In this document: positions 21,360 to 31,038 of the stretch, piece after piece
How the letters are laid out: each line of letters starts with the position of its first letter
How positions within the stretch are numbered: position 1 is the stretch's first letter
From: an uncultured Candidatus Saccharibacteria bacterium
GTDB taxonomy: Bacteria; Patescibacteriota; WWE3; 2-01-FULL-39-13
NCBI GenBank assembly: GCA_965230915.1
Contig: OZ246395.1
Coordinates: 664,935 to 728,934 of the forward strand
Reading direction: 5' to 3'
Length of the DNA: 64,000 nucleotides
Made by a program: the position numbers and the translations under genes
Notes under the pieces: model-generated
Database searches by the model: none
What the model saw: the letters and a program-made list of their open reading frames with translations, nothing else
Told to the model about the DNA's origin: nothing

Positions 21360-22665
21360 TTCTTCCTACACCAAAATACTCATAACCAAAGGATGCAATT
21401 TGCTTCGGATCTAAAAGATTTTTCCCGTCAAAAATTATTTTATTTTTTACTTTATTTGATAGAGCTTCGAAATCCAGTCCTACAAAATCCTTCCACTCTG
21501 TTAATATAAAAATTGCGTCTGACTTATCAAAAACCTTTTCAGCAGATTCAGCATATTTCATGTTTTCATCACCGAGTTCGCCCTTTGCATTTTGGATTGC
21601 AGCTGGGTCAAACAAATGAATTGTCGCCCCCATTCCGCGAAGAATTTTTATCACTTCAAGCGCGACAGATTTACGAACGTCATCTGTTCCATCTTTAAAG
21701 GCTGCGCCTAAAACTCCAAATGTCATGCCTGATAAATTGTGGCCAAGTTTGTTAGTTACCTTTTCTAAGAAGTAGTGCTTTTGGCGTTCATTTGCATCCA
21801 TAACTCCGCGTAAAAGTCTGAAATCATAGAACTTTTCGCTGCTAGTTCTGTATAAAGCCTCAACATCTTTTGGGAAACATGATCCGCCATAACCAATACC
21901 TGCATTTAAAAATTTGGGCCCGATACGATTATCAAGTCCCATTCCGTATGCAACTGATTTAACATCAGCTCCGGTTCTTTCACAGATTTGTGAAATTTCA
22001 TTAATAAATGAAATTTTTGTAGCCAAAAATGCGTTTGCTGCATATTTTATTAATTCCGCGCTGGCAATATCAGTTTTTACAATAATTGTATTTAGATGTT
22101 TGTAAATTGATTCGAGTTTATCTAGTGCTCTGTCAGAGTCAGATCCAATAACAACACGGTCCGTATTGTTCGCATCAAAGATCGATGTACCTTCACGTAA
22201 AAACTCCGGATTTGATGCAACATCGAAATCTATCTTTCTGCCTTCGGCTCCTTTTGTAATAGATTCTTTAACCCTTTTATGTGTTCCAACAGGAACAGTA
22301 CTCTTAGTAATAATCACTTTGTACTCGCCTTCATCAATATATTTCCCAATTGATTCTGCAGCTGAAAAAACATAACCGAGTTCGGCTGCTCCAGACTGGT
22401 TACTTGGAGTTCCGACACAAATGAAAATTAGTTCACCATGTTTTATTGCTCTCTCATAATCAGTTGTAGCAATAAATTTACCTTCGTCTTGAACTTTTTT
22501 AACAAGTTCTTCGAGACCTTCTTCGTAAATTGGCATAACTCCTTTTTTGATCATCTCGATTTTCTTTTCATTAACATCGAGACACAAGACATCATGTCCC
22601 CAATCAGCAAAAACAGCACCTGAAACAAGGCCCACGTAGCCTGTACCTATTATTGTTATTTTCAT
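21337..22665 (-). CDS. ugd: UDP-glucose 6-dehydrogenase
   Basis: GTGYVG, KSTVPVGT, NPEFLREG, GYGGSCFPKD. Confidence 0.93.
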   Translation of the reverse strand: MKITIIGTGYVGLVSGAVFADWGHDVLCLDVNEKKIEMIKKGVMPIYEEGLEELVKKVQDEGKFIATTDYERAIKHGELIFICVGTPSNQSGAAELGYVFSAAESIGKYIDEGEYKVIITKSTVPVGTHKRVKESITKGAEGRKIDFDVASNPEFLREGTSIFDANNTDRVVIGSDSDRALDKLESIYKHLNTIIVKTDIASAELIKYAANAFLATKISFINEISQICERTGADVKSVAYGMGLDNRIGPKFLNAGIGYGGSCFPKDVEALYRTSSEKFYDFRLLRGVMDANERQKHYFLEKVTNKLGHNLSGMTFGVLGAAFKDGTDDVRKSVALEVIKILRGMGATIHLFDPAAIQNAKGELGDENMKYAESAEKVFDKSDAIFILTEWKDFVGLDFEALSNKVKNKIIFDGKNLLDPKQIASFGYEYFGVGRNGNGNGH

Positions 22666-22681
22666 CTATAAGGTATTGTAA

Positions 22682-22726
22682 ATGAAAGGGCGCGAAACAA
22701 AGTTTCGCTCTTTTCATATTTTTTTA
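22682..22726. terminator. Stem-loop between the GT2 gene and ugd (terminator-like)
   Basis: ATGAAAGGGCGCGAAAC-AAA-GTTTCGCTCTTTTCAT inverted repeat. The T-run lies on the + side. Confidence 0.5.
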
Positions 22727-22727
22727 A

Positions 22728-23528
22728 CTAACTATTATGACTCTCTTTTGGTTTTGTTGGTAGTTTATAGAGACCTTTTATGCCGTTCATCTTAACTCTA
22801 AGGACATCCATAAAATTGTAATATGAATCTTTTAGGCTATGAACTTTACTGTTGTCTTTATAAACCCATGTAACCGGCACTTCTTTTATTTTATATCCTA
22901 ATTTTCTGGCAATGAAAAGTATTTCAACATCAAACCCCGAAACTTTCGCCCCAGTTATTTCACTATCTGTATCGCTATACAATCTAACTTGTTGGAAAAT
23001 CATGTCAGCGGGCAATTGCCTAAATAGTTTGAATCCGCACTGAGTATCATTGATTCCAGGTAAAACTAATATTTGAACAATAAAATTGAAAATTCTTCCC
23101 ATTATATGCCTCATGTAGGGCTCGTTCATTCTTACTGCACCCGGGCCCTCACGACTTGCTATAGCTATGTCATATCCCTGATCTTCCAACCACACTAACA
23201 TTTTGCCTACTTCTTCAATTGAAACTGATAAGTCTACATCTGTAAAAAGTACATATCTGCCATTTGCATGCTTCATTCCCGAGATCACCGCAGGAGCTTT
23301 TCCTCTATGCGGATTTTCTAATAATTCCAGTTCAAGCCAATCTTCCTGATGGCGCTTTACAATTTCTCTAGTCGAATCAGTAGAACCGTCGTCGGAAATA
23401 ATAACCTCATATGGAAAGGGCTGGGATCTCAAATAATGATAAATTTTCTCAAGAGATCTTTCGATTCGCTTTTCTTCGTTATAAGCGGGAATAACAATTG
23501 ATAAAAAAAGCTCCTTGGTTCTTTGCAT
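22728..23528 (-). CDS. Dolichyl/polyprenyl-phosphate beta-glucosyltransferase-like GT2 (Alg5-like)
   Basis: IPAYNEEKRI, DDGSTD, TDVDLS, DTQCGFKLF, FDVEIL. Confidence 0.88.
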   Translation of the reverse strand: MQRTKELFLSIVIPAYNEEKRIERSLEKIYHYLRSQPFPYEVIISDDGSTDSTREIVKRHQEDWLELELLENPHRGKAPAVISGMKHANGRYVLFTDVDLSVSIEEVGKMLVWLEDQGYDIAIASREGPGAVRMNEPYMRHIMGRIFNFIVQILVLPGINDTQCGFKLFRQLPADMIFQQVRLYSDTDSEITGAKVSGFDVEILFIARKLGYKIKEVPVTWVYKDNSKVHSLKDSYYNFMDVLRVKMNGIKGLYKLPTKPKESHNS

Positions 23529-23529
23529 T

Positions 23530-24723
23530 TTATTTTTTATGAGTTTTCCAGATAATTTTTTTGTAGAAATAAAAATTCCAGAAAAGTCCGATAATAATAC
23601 CTAATATTTGATAGATATAGTCTAGTACATCTCCTCTACCAAATAAATTAATACATGCCTGAAAAATACCAAGCTGGATCATAATTCCGCCTGCAACAAC
23701 AAATTGGTTTTTGACGAATCTTTTCCAAAATAAAAATCCTCCAAGCTTATGTTCTTTAAATGCCCATACATTATTTACTGTAAAAGATGTTAAGACTCCC
23801 ATTTCTATTGCCAATAAGAGGGCAAAAAGCACATTTGGATGTAAATCGAAACCTAAAATTTCAGCATCTACCGGAATATTAAAAATATTTCTTTCATCAG
23901 CTAGTGGCTTAAAAATAAATCCGTATGTTAAAAATTGAGCAATACTTCCAAAACCGCCAGCTATTACAACTTTACCAAATTGTGATTTAGCTAAGTCTTT
24001 TATACGAGACTGAATCACAAACACAAGCCCGTTCAAGATATATTCAGAACCCATTTTAGATTTACCCATTGTACGATCTTTAAAATGATATGGAACCTCA
24101 TCTATTTTATATCCAGCACGAACTGCTTCTAAGTTTGTAGCAATCGCAACAGTGTAACCGGAATGTTTACCGACTTTATCACCAATTTTTTCATACACTT
24201 CTTTTGAAATTGCTTTGTATCCCGAAGTAAAATCCGTGCATCCACTTCCAAAGTATAAAATTCTTACAAACCAATTACCGGCGGCGCTTAGAAGTTTTCG
24301 GTGAATTCCCCATTCTTCCGGAATTCCCCCTCCTTTTTTGTATCTTGTTCCACATACATATTTTGACCCGTTACTTAACTTTTCAACAAAAGTCGGAATA
24401 ACATTATGGTCGTGCGACAGGTCGGCATCGAAAGTAATTACTGCATCGGCGTTCAATTCATTAAATGCTTTATCCATAGCATCTTTATATGCTGCACCTA
24501 ACCCCCGTTTTGCGACTTCGCGCATAATATGTACATTTGCCTGCTTCTTTGACAGCTCATCTACAATTTCACCAGTTCCATCTGGGGAATTTCCATCTGT
24601 AACTAAAATGTTCATTTCTGCTTTATCTGCGGGTATCTTCTGAAAAGTTTGCTGAAGAGTGTTAATGGTATTTTCTATATTTTCCTTCTCGTTATAGGTC
24701 GGAATGATGATAACAATTTTCAT
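23530..24723 (-). CDS. Polyprenyl-phosphate mannose synthase-like GT2 fused to a GtrA flippase domain
   Basis: IPTYNEKENI, SPDGTG, GLGAAY, DADLSH, DFTSGYK. The C-terminal 4 TMs carry NNVWAF and WNF..YKKIIW (GtrA). Confidence 0.85.
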   Translation of the reverse strand: MKIVIIIPTYNEKENIENTINTLQQTFQKIPADKAEMNILVTDGNSPDGTGEIVDELSKKQANVHIMREVAKRGLGAAYKDAMDKAFNELNADAVITFDADLSHDHNVIPTFVEKLSNGSKYVCGTRYKKGGGIPEEWGIHRKLLSAAGNWFVRILYFGSGCTDFTSGYKAISKEVYEKIGDKVGKHSGYTVAIATNLEAVRAGYKIDEVPYHFKDRTMGKSKMGSEYILNGLVFVIQSRIKDLAKSQFGKVVIAGGFGSIAQFLTYGFIFKPLADERNIFNIPVDAEILGFDLHPNVLFALLLAIEMGVLTSFTVNNVWAFKEHKLGGFLFWKRFVKNQFVVAGGIMIQLGIFQACINLFGRGDVLDYIYQILGIIIGLFWNFYFYKKIIWKTHKK

Positions 24724-24746
24724 TGAATTTCCTTATGCGATGCGAA

Positions 24747-25028
24747 TTAAAAGAATCTGATTATTCCCAGCCCTAAAGCGGATAATAAGATAATCATGAC
24801 TGCAACAAGAGAGTATTCTAGCAGAATCAAATTCATCATTCTATCTTTAGGTGCGTGGTGCCAATAACCCCAAAATACATATAAAACGGAAATAGCAACG
24901 ATTATTCCAAAACGGCTTAAATTGCTAGCTGTCTGCTGAAATATGATTGCTGCAACGCTCAAGCATAACAGCAGAGTCAAAAATTGAATAACCTCTAACA
25001 TTACTGTCTTCGAAGTCTTTTTTGGCAT
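24747..25028 (-). CDS. Hypothetical 3-TM membrane protein
   Basis: 93 aa, Y-x-x-WG-x-x-HH motif and LEY. Confidence 0.7.
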   Translation of the reverse strand: MPKKTSKTVMLEVIQFLTLLLCLSVAAIIFQQTASNLSRFGIIVAISVLYVFWGYWHHAPKDRMMNLILLEYSLVAVMIILLSALGLGIIRFF

Positions 25029-25041
25029 ATTCTAATAATTA

Positions 25042-25995
25042 TCATAACACTAAACCTACTTGTGTATACCATATCGCCGCTATAGCTGCGACAAGCATAA
25101 TTACATGCAAAATTGTATGTCCCGACACTCTAAAAACCCCCATTTTTCTAATATAGTATCCGTCTATCGCAAATAACACCGTAACAAATAATCCAAAGAT
25201 TATAGCGATCATTCTTGAAAAACTGAGGACTTCCGAGGCATTTAAAACTAACCCCTGACTATTTGCATCGCCAGAAATAACTTCGTCTGCGGGCAGATTT
25301 TTTGACCCGGTTTCGGCATCTTCTACTTCGACGGCAGGAACTTCACTTTCAACCATTTTAGCTGGAATAACCTCAATCAACGGCTTATCTTCTTCGTCTT
25401 CGCTAGAAACCGCCTCTGGAACCGAAGCCGCCTGCACACGTGGATATCCAAACATTTGAACTACCAAAGTAGTCTTTCTACCTTCTAATTCTCCATCTAC
25501 GACTGCAAATCCAACTTCCGTGTATTTGCTATTTAATAAGTTTGCTTTGTGAGAAGGTGATTCGTACCAGGCTTCAACAACATGATCCGAGTCGTTAAAA
25601 TCTACGGCTAGGTTTTCACCGGCATATAAATAATCATATCCGGCAGCTACTATAAAATCCCAAGGCTCTTTACCATCTGGAGAATTATGTGCCCAGTAAT
25701 CCTTCGCGAACATATCGTTAGCTTTAGCGGCGGCGGCCCTTGATAAAGTAGCATTTAATTTCAGATCAGCAACACCGACTTCATTTCTCATCTTATTAGT
25801 GTCCGAAAGTAAATCAGTAATATTAATATCATCGGCATATCCTAAAACATTAGGCATAGAAGTAGTTAATTGATGCGAAATATAAATCAAAACAAGCAAA
25901 ATAAGAATATATCCAATAAAGGCTTTGGGCTGTAATAAGAAACTTCTTTTTTTATGAAGTGGATGAGGTAACGCTAAACTTCTAAAAAAGGACAT
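25042..25995 (-). CDS. CAP/SCP domain membrane-anchored protein
   Basis: TN.MR, AKANDM..KDYWAH, AGENLA, W..SPSHKANLL, VVQMFG. Acidic linker and C-terminal TMs. Start moved to ATG 25995 (track gives 26064) to avoid overlap. Confidence 0.85.
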   Translation of the reverse strand: MSFFRSLALPHPLHKKRSFLLQPKAFIGYILILLVLIYISHQLTTSMPNVLGYADDINITDLLSDTNKMRNEVGVADLKLNATLSRAAAAKANDMFAKDYWAHNSPDGKEPWDFIVAAGYDYLYAGENLAVDFNDSDHVVEAWYESPSHKANLLNSKYTEVGFAVVDGELEGRKTTLVVQMFGYPRVQAASVPEAVSSEDEEDKPLIEVIPAKMVESEVPAVEVEDAETGSKNLPADEVISGDANSQGLVLNASEVLSFSRMIAIIFGLFVTVLFAIDGYYIRKMGVFRVSGHTILHVIMLVAAIAAIWYTQVGLVL

Positions 25996-26008
25996 TACAT
26001 GAAATATA

Positions 26009-26335
26009 TCACTTCTTTTTGTGATTGTGATGCTTTTCGTGGCGGTCATTAAGACCTTCTTCATAGCCGACAGCTTTATTTAGCATTTTCCCTGCTTCTG
26101 GCCATGCGGAAATCCAAGCAATGCATATAAATAGAGTAACGATAATGAATATAGATGCTTCAATAAATCCTCCAATGTCCAAGTTACTTATTGTTGTGAA
26201 AAGTCTGACTGTATTAAGTATTATGAAAACTATTAAACCGCCAGTAATAAAATGTCTGGCACAAATACCAAATAGCTTGGCGCTAGAAATTCGAATATGA
26301 ATGATCGTAAAAGCATCCCCTATTGCTTTTAGCAT
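26009..26335 (-). CDS. Hypothetical small membrane protein
   Basis: 108 aa, 2 TMs, AGGGGG SD-like sequence 6 nt upstream, His/Lys-rich tail. Confidence 0.6.
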   Translation of the reverse strand: MLKAIGDAFTIIHIRISSAKLFGICARHFITGGLIVFIILNTVRLFTTISNLDIGGFIEASIFIIVTLFICIAWISAWPEAGKMLNKAVGYEEGLNDRHEKHHNHKKK

Positions 26336-26409
26336 AAGTGTCCCCCTAAATGCATACTAGACCTAAGGGATCATATTTTGCAAGACCTAATGATCCCAGC
26401 ATTAAATAG

Positions 26410-26509
26410 TTTTTTACCTTGAGAAGGCTTACGCAGACCACACAAGGCCAATTTTAAAAGAAAACAATTGTGTGTCGAGGATGTTATTAGCCTTCGAAAA
26501 GGTAAAAAA
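26410..26509. repeat. Long imperfect inverted repeat (about 100 nt)
   Basis: Nested arms TTTTTTACCTT/AAGGTAAAAAA, GAAGGCT/AGCCTTC and CACACAA/TTGTGTG. Confidence 0.6.
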
Positions 26510-27811
26510 TTATTTAAGATGCCAGTAAACAGTCATCTTATCGTCATCATGGAAAATAAACACACCATTTCCACCATCACCTAAGCAATTTCGGCAGAAA
26601 TAGGCTTTACCATCTTCTACCGCACGAATAGAGATATCACCGATGCCAACCATATCGAGCGCCGGGTGAACTTTTCCGCCATACATCCAGTTGTAGCATG
26701 TTTGACCACCAAAATTTTGTGTAATTCTGGGGCTAGCCATCGGCCAATCCCACTTACCTTTTCCAGATGAAACTTCGCCTTTTGGATCTCGTGAGCACCC
26801 CGTTCCCCATGTAATTGTCTTTTTCTTTAAGTAATCGAGCGGATTTTTATAGTTGCTGTAATACCATCCCCACGTTCCGGTTGATTGAAAATCTTCTACT
26901 GAATAACTGTAAACACTAAAGTGCAAATGTGCACCTGTAGAAAACCCGCTATTTCCCATTGTTCCGATAACTTCGCCTTTTTCAACATCAACCGATTTAC
27001 CTTCTCTAACCACAACGCTAGCTGCGCTTTGAATTTGTGATAATTCTTTTCTAGCCTGCTCCAAATTCTGTTGATACCTCTTTTCGTCATTTTTGGTAAT
27101 ACGCAAAAGATCGTCTTTTGCCTGTTTTTGTGTAGCTAAAGATGCTTTTAAGGACTCTGCTTGGGCTTTTTGAGCTTCGATCTCCTTCTTTATTCTTTCT
27201 ACTTCATCTTTCTTTTCTTTTAGTATGTCTTTTTGGTCTTCATATCTTTCTTTGGTGTCTGCCATTGTTTTAATAAGTTCTTTATCTTGCATTTCCACTT
27301 CCTGCAAATACTTCATTTTTGCCAAAAAGTCGCCTACACCATCTGAACTCATCAAAAGTTCGAAACTTGATTGCTGATGATCAATATACTGTCGTTTTAA
27401 TCTTTTTCCTAATAAATCGCTATGATAACTAATTGTGTCATCAAGACGATCTAAACGAACTTCTAATAACCCAATATCCTCAACTAATAGATCAAGCTCT
27501 TTAGTTTTTTGTTCTATTTGATATTCAGCTTGCTCGATTTGAACGGTTTTGAGCGCAATATTACCCTCAATCAAATCAATCTCTCTCGAGAGACTGCCCG
27601 CCTGCTGCTGAGCCTTACTGATTTTAGCCTCTAGCTCTTTAATCTGATTCTGAAGTTCAGCTTCGGTTTTCGCAACACTAATTAGTGAGTCGTCGTTAGA
27701 AAAAATAAAAGGAATACTCAATACCAATCCCGTAGCCAAAATTGTTAGGACTGCCATCTTGATCGATAATCTCTTAAATATTTGTTTTTTATCTATATTT
27801 GGAAATTTCAT
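26510..27811 (-). CDS. FtsEX-associated coiled-coil peptidoglycan hydrolase with an M23 domain (EnvC/PcsB/RipC-like architecture)
   Basis: Signal/TM segment, long coiled coil, M23 motifs HLH, HxxxD and YxHL. Directly downstream of ftsX. Confidence 0.85.
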   Translation of the reverse strand: MKFPNIDKKQIFKRLSIKMAVLTILATGLVLSIPFIFSNDDSLISVAKTEAELQNQIKELEAKISKAQQQAGSLSREIDLIEGNIALKTVQIEQAEYQIEQKTKELDLLVEDIGLLEVRLDRLDDTISYHSDLLGKRLKRQYIDHQQSSFELLMSSDGVGDFLAKMKYLQEVEMQDKELIKTMADTKERYEDQKDILKEKKDEVERIKKEIEAQKAQAESLKASLATQKQAKDDLLRITKNDEKRYQQNLEQARKELSQIQSAASVVVREGKSVDVEKGEVIGTMGNSGFSTGAHLHFSVYSYSVEDFQSTGTWGWYYSNYKNPLDYLKKKTITWGTGCSRDPKGEVSSGKGKWDWPMASPRITQNFGGQTCYNWMYGGKVHPALDMVGIGDISIRAVEDGKAYFCRNCLGDGGNGVFIFHDDDKMTVYWHLK

Positions 27812-27815
27812 AATT

Positions 27816-28715
27816 TTAGCGGTCGATGTATCTGCGGGTGGCGAGGAAACTTGAGAATATTGCTAATACCAAAGCAAAGACTAATTCGATAGCCACACCA
27901 ATAACTAAAACCTGAACATTCATTTGTGGAGCTTGAAGATCTCCGAGAAGCATGTCCATCATATTATTATACTGGGTCGCCAAAATCGGCAATAAAATTA
28001 TCAAAGAAATGAATAATGCAATTAAAGAATAAAGAATACTTTGCAGCATATATGGAGATCGAATATATCCTTTTGTTGCGCCGACTAATTTCATAACGAC
28101 TAATTCATTTTTATGAGAATAAATTGTCATTCCTATTGTCAAAAAGACTATAAATACAGTCGAAATAGTAAAAACCACTAATAAGGCCGCAGCTGTTCCT
28201 TGAATCCCCCAGACAACTTTCTTTAATGTGGAAATAAAATTTTCAGATGCCAAAACATCGCTAATAAGGTCACTATTTCTAAAGTAATTCGCGATGTCCG
28301 GAATATTATCAAGTGAAGCAGATCTGACGTTTAAGTGAGCTGGAAAAACATTTACAGTAACACCTTCGACCACATCTTGATTGTTTTTGTTTTCCTCGAT
28401 AAATGCTTTCATAGCATCTTCTTTCGATACATATCGAACTTCTACAACATATGGATTTTGCTCAATTTCTTTTTTGACTTCTGAAATTTGTTCTTCAGTT
28501 ACTCCATCCTTAAAAAAGCCAATAACTTCGGGCTTTTGTATAAAATATGAAGCAATACTTTGTGTAACGTAAATTATTGTTAAAAGAACACCTAGAATTA
28601 CATAAGTAATAGTCATCATAAAGACGACTGCATATGCTCGCCATCCACTTCTTTTTATATTACTAATTGCTCTTTTAAATACTGCGTTATTCATACTTAC
28701 CGCCTTTTTCGTCAC
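27816..28715 (-). CDS. ftsX: Cell division permease FtsX
   Basis: 4 TMs with a large extracellular loop, YVSKEDA, MKLVGAT..YIR.P. Follows ftsE. Confidence 0.9.
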   Translation of the reverse strand: MTKKAVSMNNAVFKRAISNIKRSGWRAYAVVFMMTITYVILGVLLTIIYVTQSIASYFIQKPEVIGFFKDGVTEEQISEVKKEIEQNPYVVEVRYVSKEDAMKAFIEENKNNQDVVEGVTVNVFPAHLNVRSASLDNIPDIANYFRNSDLISDVLASENFISTLKKVVWGIQGTAAALLVVFTISTVFIVFLTIGMTIYSHKNELVVMKLVGATKGYIRSPYMLQSILYSLIALFISLIILLPILATQYNNMMDMLLGDLQAPQMNVQVLVIGVAIELVFALVLAIFSSFLATRRYIDR

Positions 28716-29376
28716 GAATTATTCTTCCTTTATCTATATGAATCACACGCTTTTTAAGCGTGTTAACAATATCTGCGTCGTGTGTTCCAAAAATTATAGT
28801 TGTTCCCCAGTCATTAATCTTCTTGACCAAATCAACAATTATCCAAGAAGCGGCCTTATCTAAATTCCCGGTTGGCTCGTCTGCTAAAAGGATTTTTGGC
28901 TCGTGTGCGAGAGCGCGTGCGATAGCCAAACGCTGTTTTTCCCCACCGGATAGATTTTTCGGGAATTTATCCATTTTATCGCCTAAGCCAACTAGATTCA
29001 TTAAATTTGGAATGATGGACTTAATTTCGTCTTCAGTTTTTCCTACAACCTCAAGCGATAACGAAACATTTTCGAATGCTGTTTTTGAATCTAAAAGTTT
29101 GAAATCTTGGAATATATATCCTATTTTGCGGCGTAAATTTGGAATTTGTCTTTCTTTAAATTTGGTAACATCTTCTTCGTCGACAAAAACTTGTCCGGCA
29201 GTTGGAACATCTTCGCGCACAATCTGGCGCATTAGTGTAGTTTTACCGGCACCGGATGATCCGATTAAAAAAACAAAATCTCCTTCTGGAATTTCTAATG
29301 AGACATTATCTAGCGACTTTGTGCCATCTGGATATTGTCGGGTTACATCTTTAAATTCGATGATATTTTTGGGCAT
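28687..29376 (-). CDS. ftsE: Cell division ATP-binding protein FtsE
   Basis: GSSGAGKT, LRRKIG.IFQDFKLL, LSGGEKQR, ADEPTGNLD. Confidence 0.93.
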   Translation of the reverse strand: MPKNIIEFKDVTRQYPDGTKSLDNVSLEIPEGDFVFLIGSSGAGKTTLMRQIVREDVPTAGQVFVDEEDVTKFKERQIPNLRRKIGYIFQDFKLLDSKTAFENVSLSLEVVGKTEDEIKSIIPNLMNLVGLGDKMDKFPKNLSGGEKQRLAIARALAHEPKILLADEPTGNLDKAASWIIVDLVKKINDWGTTIIFGTHDADIVNTLKKRVIHIDKGRIIRDEKGGKYE

Positions 29377-29466
29377 GGTTTATATATTAGACACGAATTC
29401 TCATAAATTCGCTACTAATACGTTTGTGCTACTTGGCACCTTAATATTATACCAAAGTAAACAAGA

Positions 29467-30039
29467 TCACTTAAGTTTAAGACTATATACTTCGATAATT
29501 TCTTTACCGCTTTCTGTTGTGGATCGGTATTCACCTTGTATTTCAACGATCAGACCTACAGACAAATTAAGATCGTTAGTATTTGAATATATATACGCTA
29601 TATTTTTACCATCATTTCCTTCTAATTCAAAATTTGTTGTTTTATCACTAGTCTGCACAGAATTTTTAACAATTTTTCCTGATATTTTCCTTTCTCGGTT
29701 AGCGTAATAATTCGGCGTAAAATATGCTGAATTGGCTTGTTCATCTGCTAATGAACTAGATCCGGAATTTGCGGTTAGATTATTAGCATTCACATAAAAA
29801 TTAACAGCAAAATACATGCCTATAGATATAACAGCTACTAAAATTCCATATGTAATCATTTTAGACTTTTTACTCGGTGGATTTTTGAATTCTTCTTGCT
29901 GTTCCTTTAAGAGTGAGTTGAAATATATTTCAGTTTCGCTTGGGTTTAATTTATTTTCTTTTGACTCTTGAGATTTCGTTGTGTTTGCTTGTGTATTTGG
30001 TGGATTTTCCATGGCAGACCTTTTAAGAGAGTATACCAA
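29467..30039 (-). CDS. Hypothetical single-TM protein with a small beta-rich (OB-like) C-terminal domain
   Basis: One TM in the middle. Real start is probably MENPP (about 30012). Confidence 0.65.
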   Translation of the reverse strand: MVYSLKRSAMENPPNTQANTTKSQESKENKLNPSETEIYFNSLLKEQQEEFKNPPSKKSKMITYGILVAVISIGMYFAVNFYVNANNLTANSGSSSLADEQANSAYFTPNYYANRERKISGKIVKNSVQTSDKTTNFELEGNDGKNIAYIYSNTNDLNLSVGLIVEIQGEYRSTTESGKEIIEVYSLKLK

Positions 30040-31033
30040 ATCTGAGATTTGATTGTATGAATCCTTCTAGGTCACCGTCTAAAACTGCATCTGGGTTTGG
30101 AGATTCGTAGTCACTTCTGTGATCTTTTACCATTTTATATGGTTGAAGCACATATGAACGTATCTGATTTCCCCAAGCTGGTTCTTTGTAGACACCTTTT
30201 ATTTTAGCTTCTTCTTCTTGGCGCTTCTCTTCTTCGAGTTTCACTAATTTTGAAATAAGCATTCGCATAGCGATTTCGCGGTTTTTCGGCTGACTTCTTT
30301 CCTGTTGAGATGCCACAACAATTCCAGTTGGAATATGCCGAATCCTAATTGCAGTTTCTACTTTGTTCACATTTTGCCCGCCGGCGCCTCCAGAACGCAT
30401 CATTGAAAGTTCAAGATCTTCGTCTCGAATTTCGATAGCCTTTGCGTCTTCTATAAACGGCATAACCTCGACTCCTGCAAAAGACGTTTGTCGAAGATTT
30501 TGCGCATTAAATGGGGAAAGACGCACTAATCTGTGTGTACCATTTTCATGCTTTAGCATTCCGTACGCATAGAGACCTTGGACAAAAAGTGTTGCCGTTT
30601 TTATTCCGGCCTCTTCGCCATCAATTTTATTAACTAGACTGTAATGCCAGCCTTTTCGTTCAAAATATCGTTGATACATTCGCAAAAGCATTGCAGCCCA
30701 ATCCATGGCTTCAGTACCACCCGACCCGGCATGTACAGTCAAATATGCATCGCTTTTATCGTATTTTCCGCTTAAATATAGAGTTAGCTCTAAGTCAGAT
30801 ACAATTTTTTCGATTTCTTCGTCAGATCCTTCAGAGGCCATTAAATCAAGCATTTCGATGTTATCTAGATCTTTTTTTAGTAAAGATAGCTCTTGAGAGG
30901 CTTTTGCAGCAGCCTCACGATTATCCCAGAATGATGGCTTGGACATTTCTGACTCAATCTCAGCAATTCTCTGTGATAATTTTTCTGGGTTTAGGCTTTT
31001 TTTAATATTTAAGATTCTGTCCTGTAGCTCCAT
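30023..31033 (-). CDS. prfB: Peptide chain release factor 2
   Basis: SPF anticodon mimic, GGQ motif, WGNQIRSY. Continuous ORF. Confidence 0.95.
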   Translation of the reverse strand: MELQDRILNIKKSLNPEKLSQRIAEIESEMSKPSFWDNREAAAKASQELSLLKKDLDNIEMLDLMASEGSDEEIEKIVSDLELTLYLSGKYDKSDAYLTVHAGSGGTEAMDWAAMLLRMYQRYFERKGWHYSLVNKIDGEEAGIKTATLFVQGLYAYGMLKHENGTHRLVRLSPFNAQNLRQTSFAGVEVMPFIEDAKAIEIRDEDLELSMMRSGGAGGQNVNKVETAIRIRHIPTGIVVASQQERSQPKNREIAMRMLISKLVKLEEEKRQEEEAKIKGVYKEPAWGNQIRSYVLQPYKMVKDHRSDYESPNPDAVLDGDLEGFIQSNLRFGILS

Positions 31034-31038
31034 ATGAA

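Noticed and set aside
28760-29707. 315-aa + strand ORF
   Set aside because: Antisense shadow of ftsE, which has clear ABC motifs. The product has no recognisable features.
30023-31033. Programmed +1 frameshift in prfB
   Set aside because: The ORF is continuous from the ATG and has no CTT-TGA site at the expected position. Frameshift-free prfB is common.
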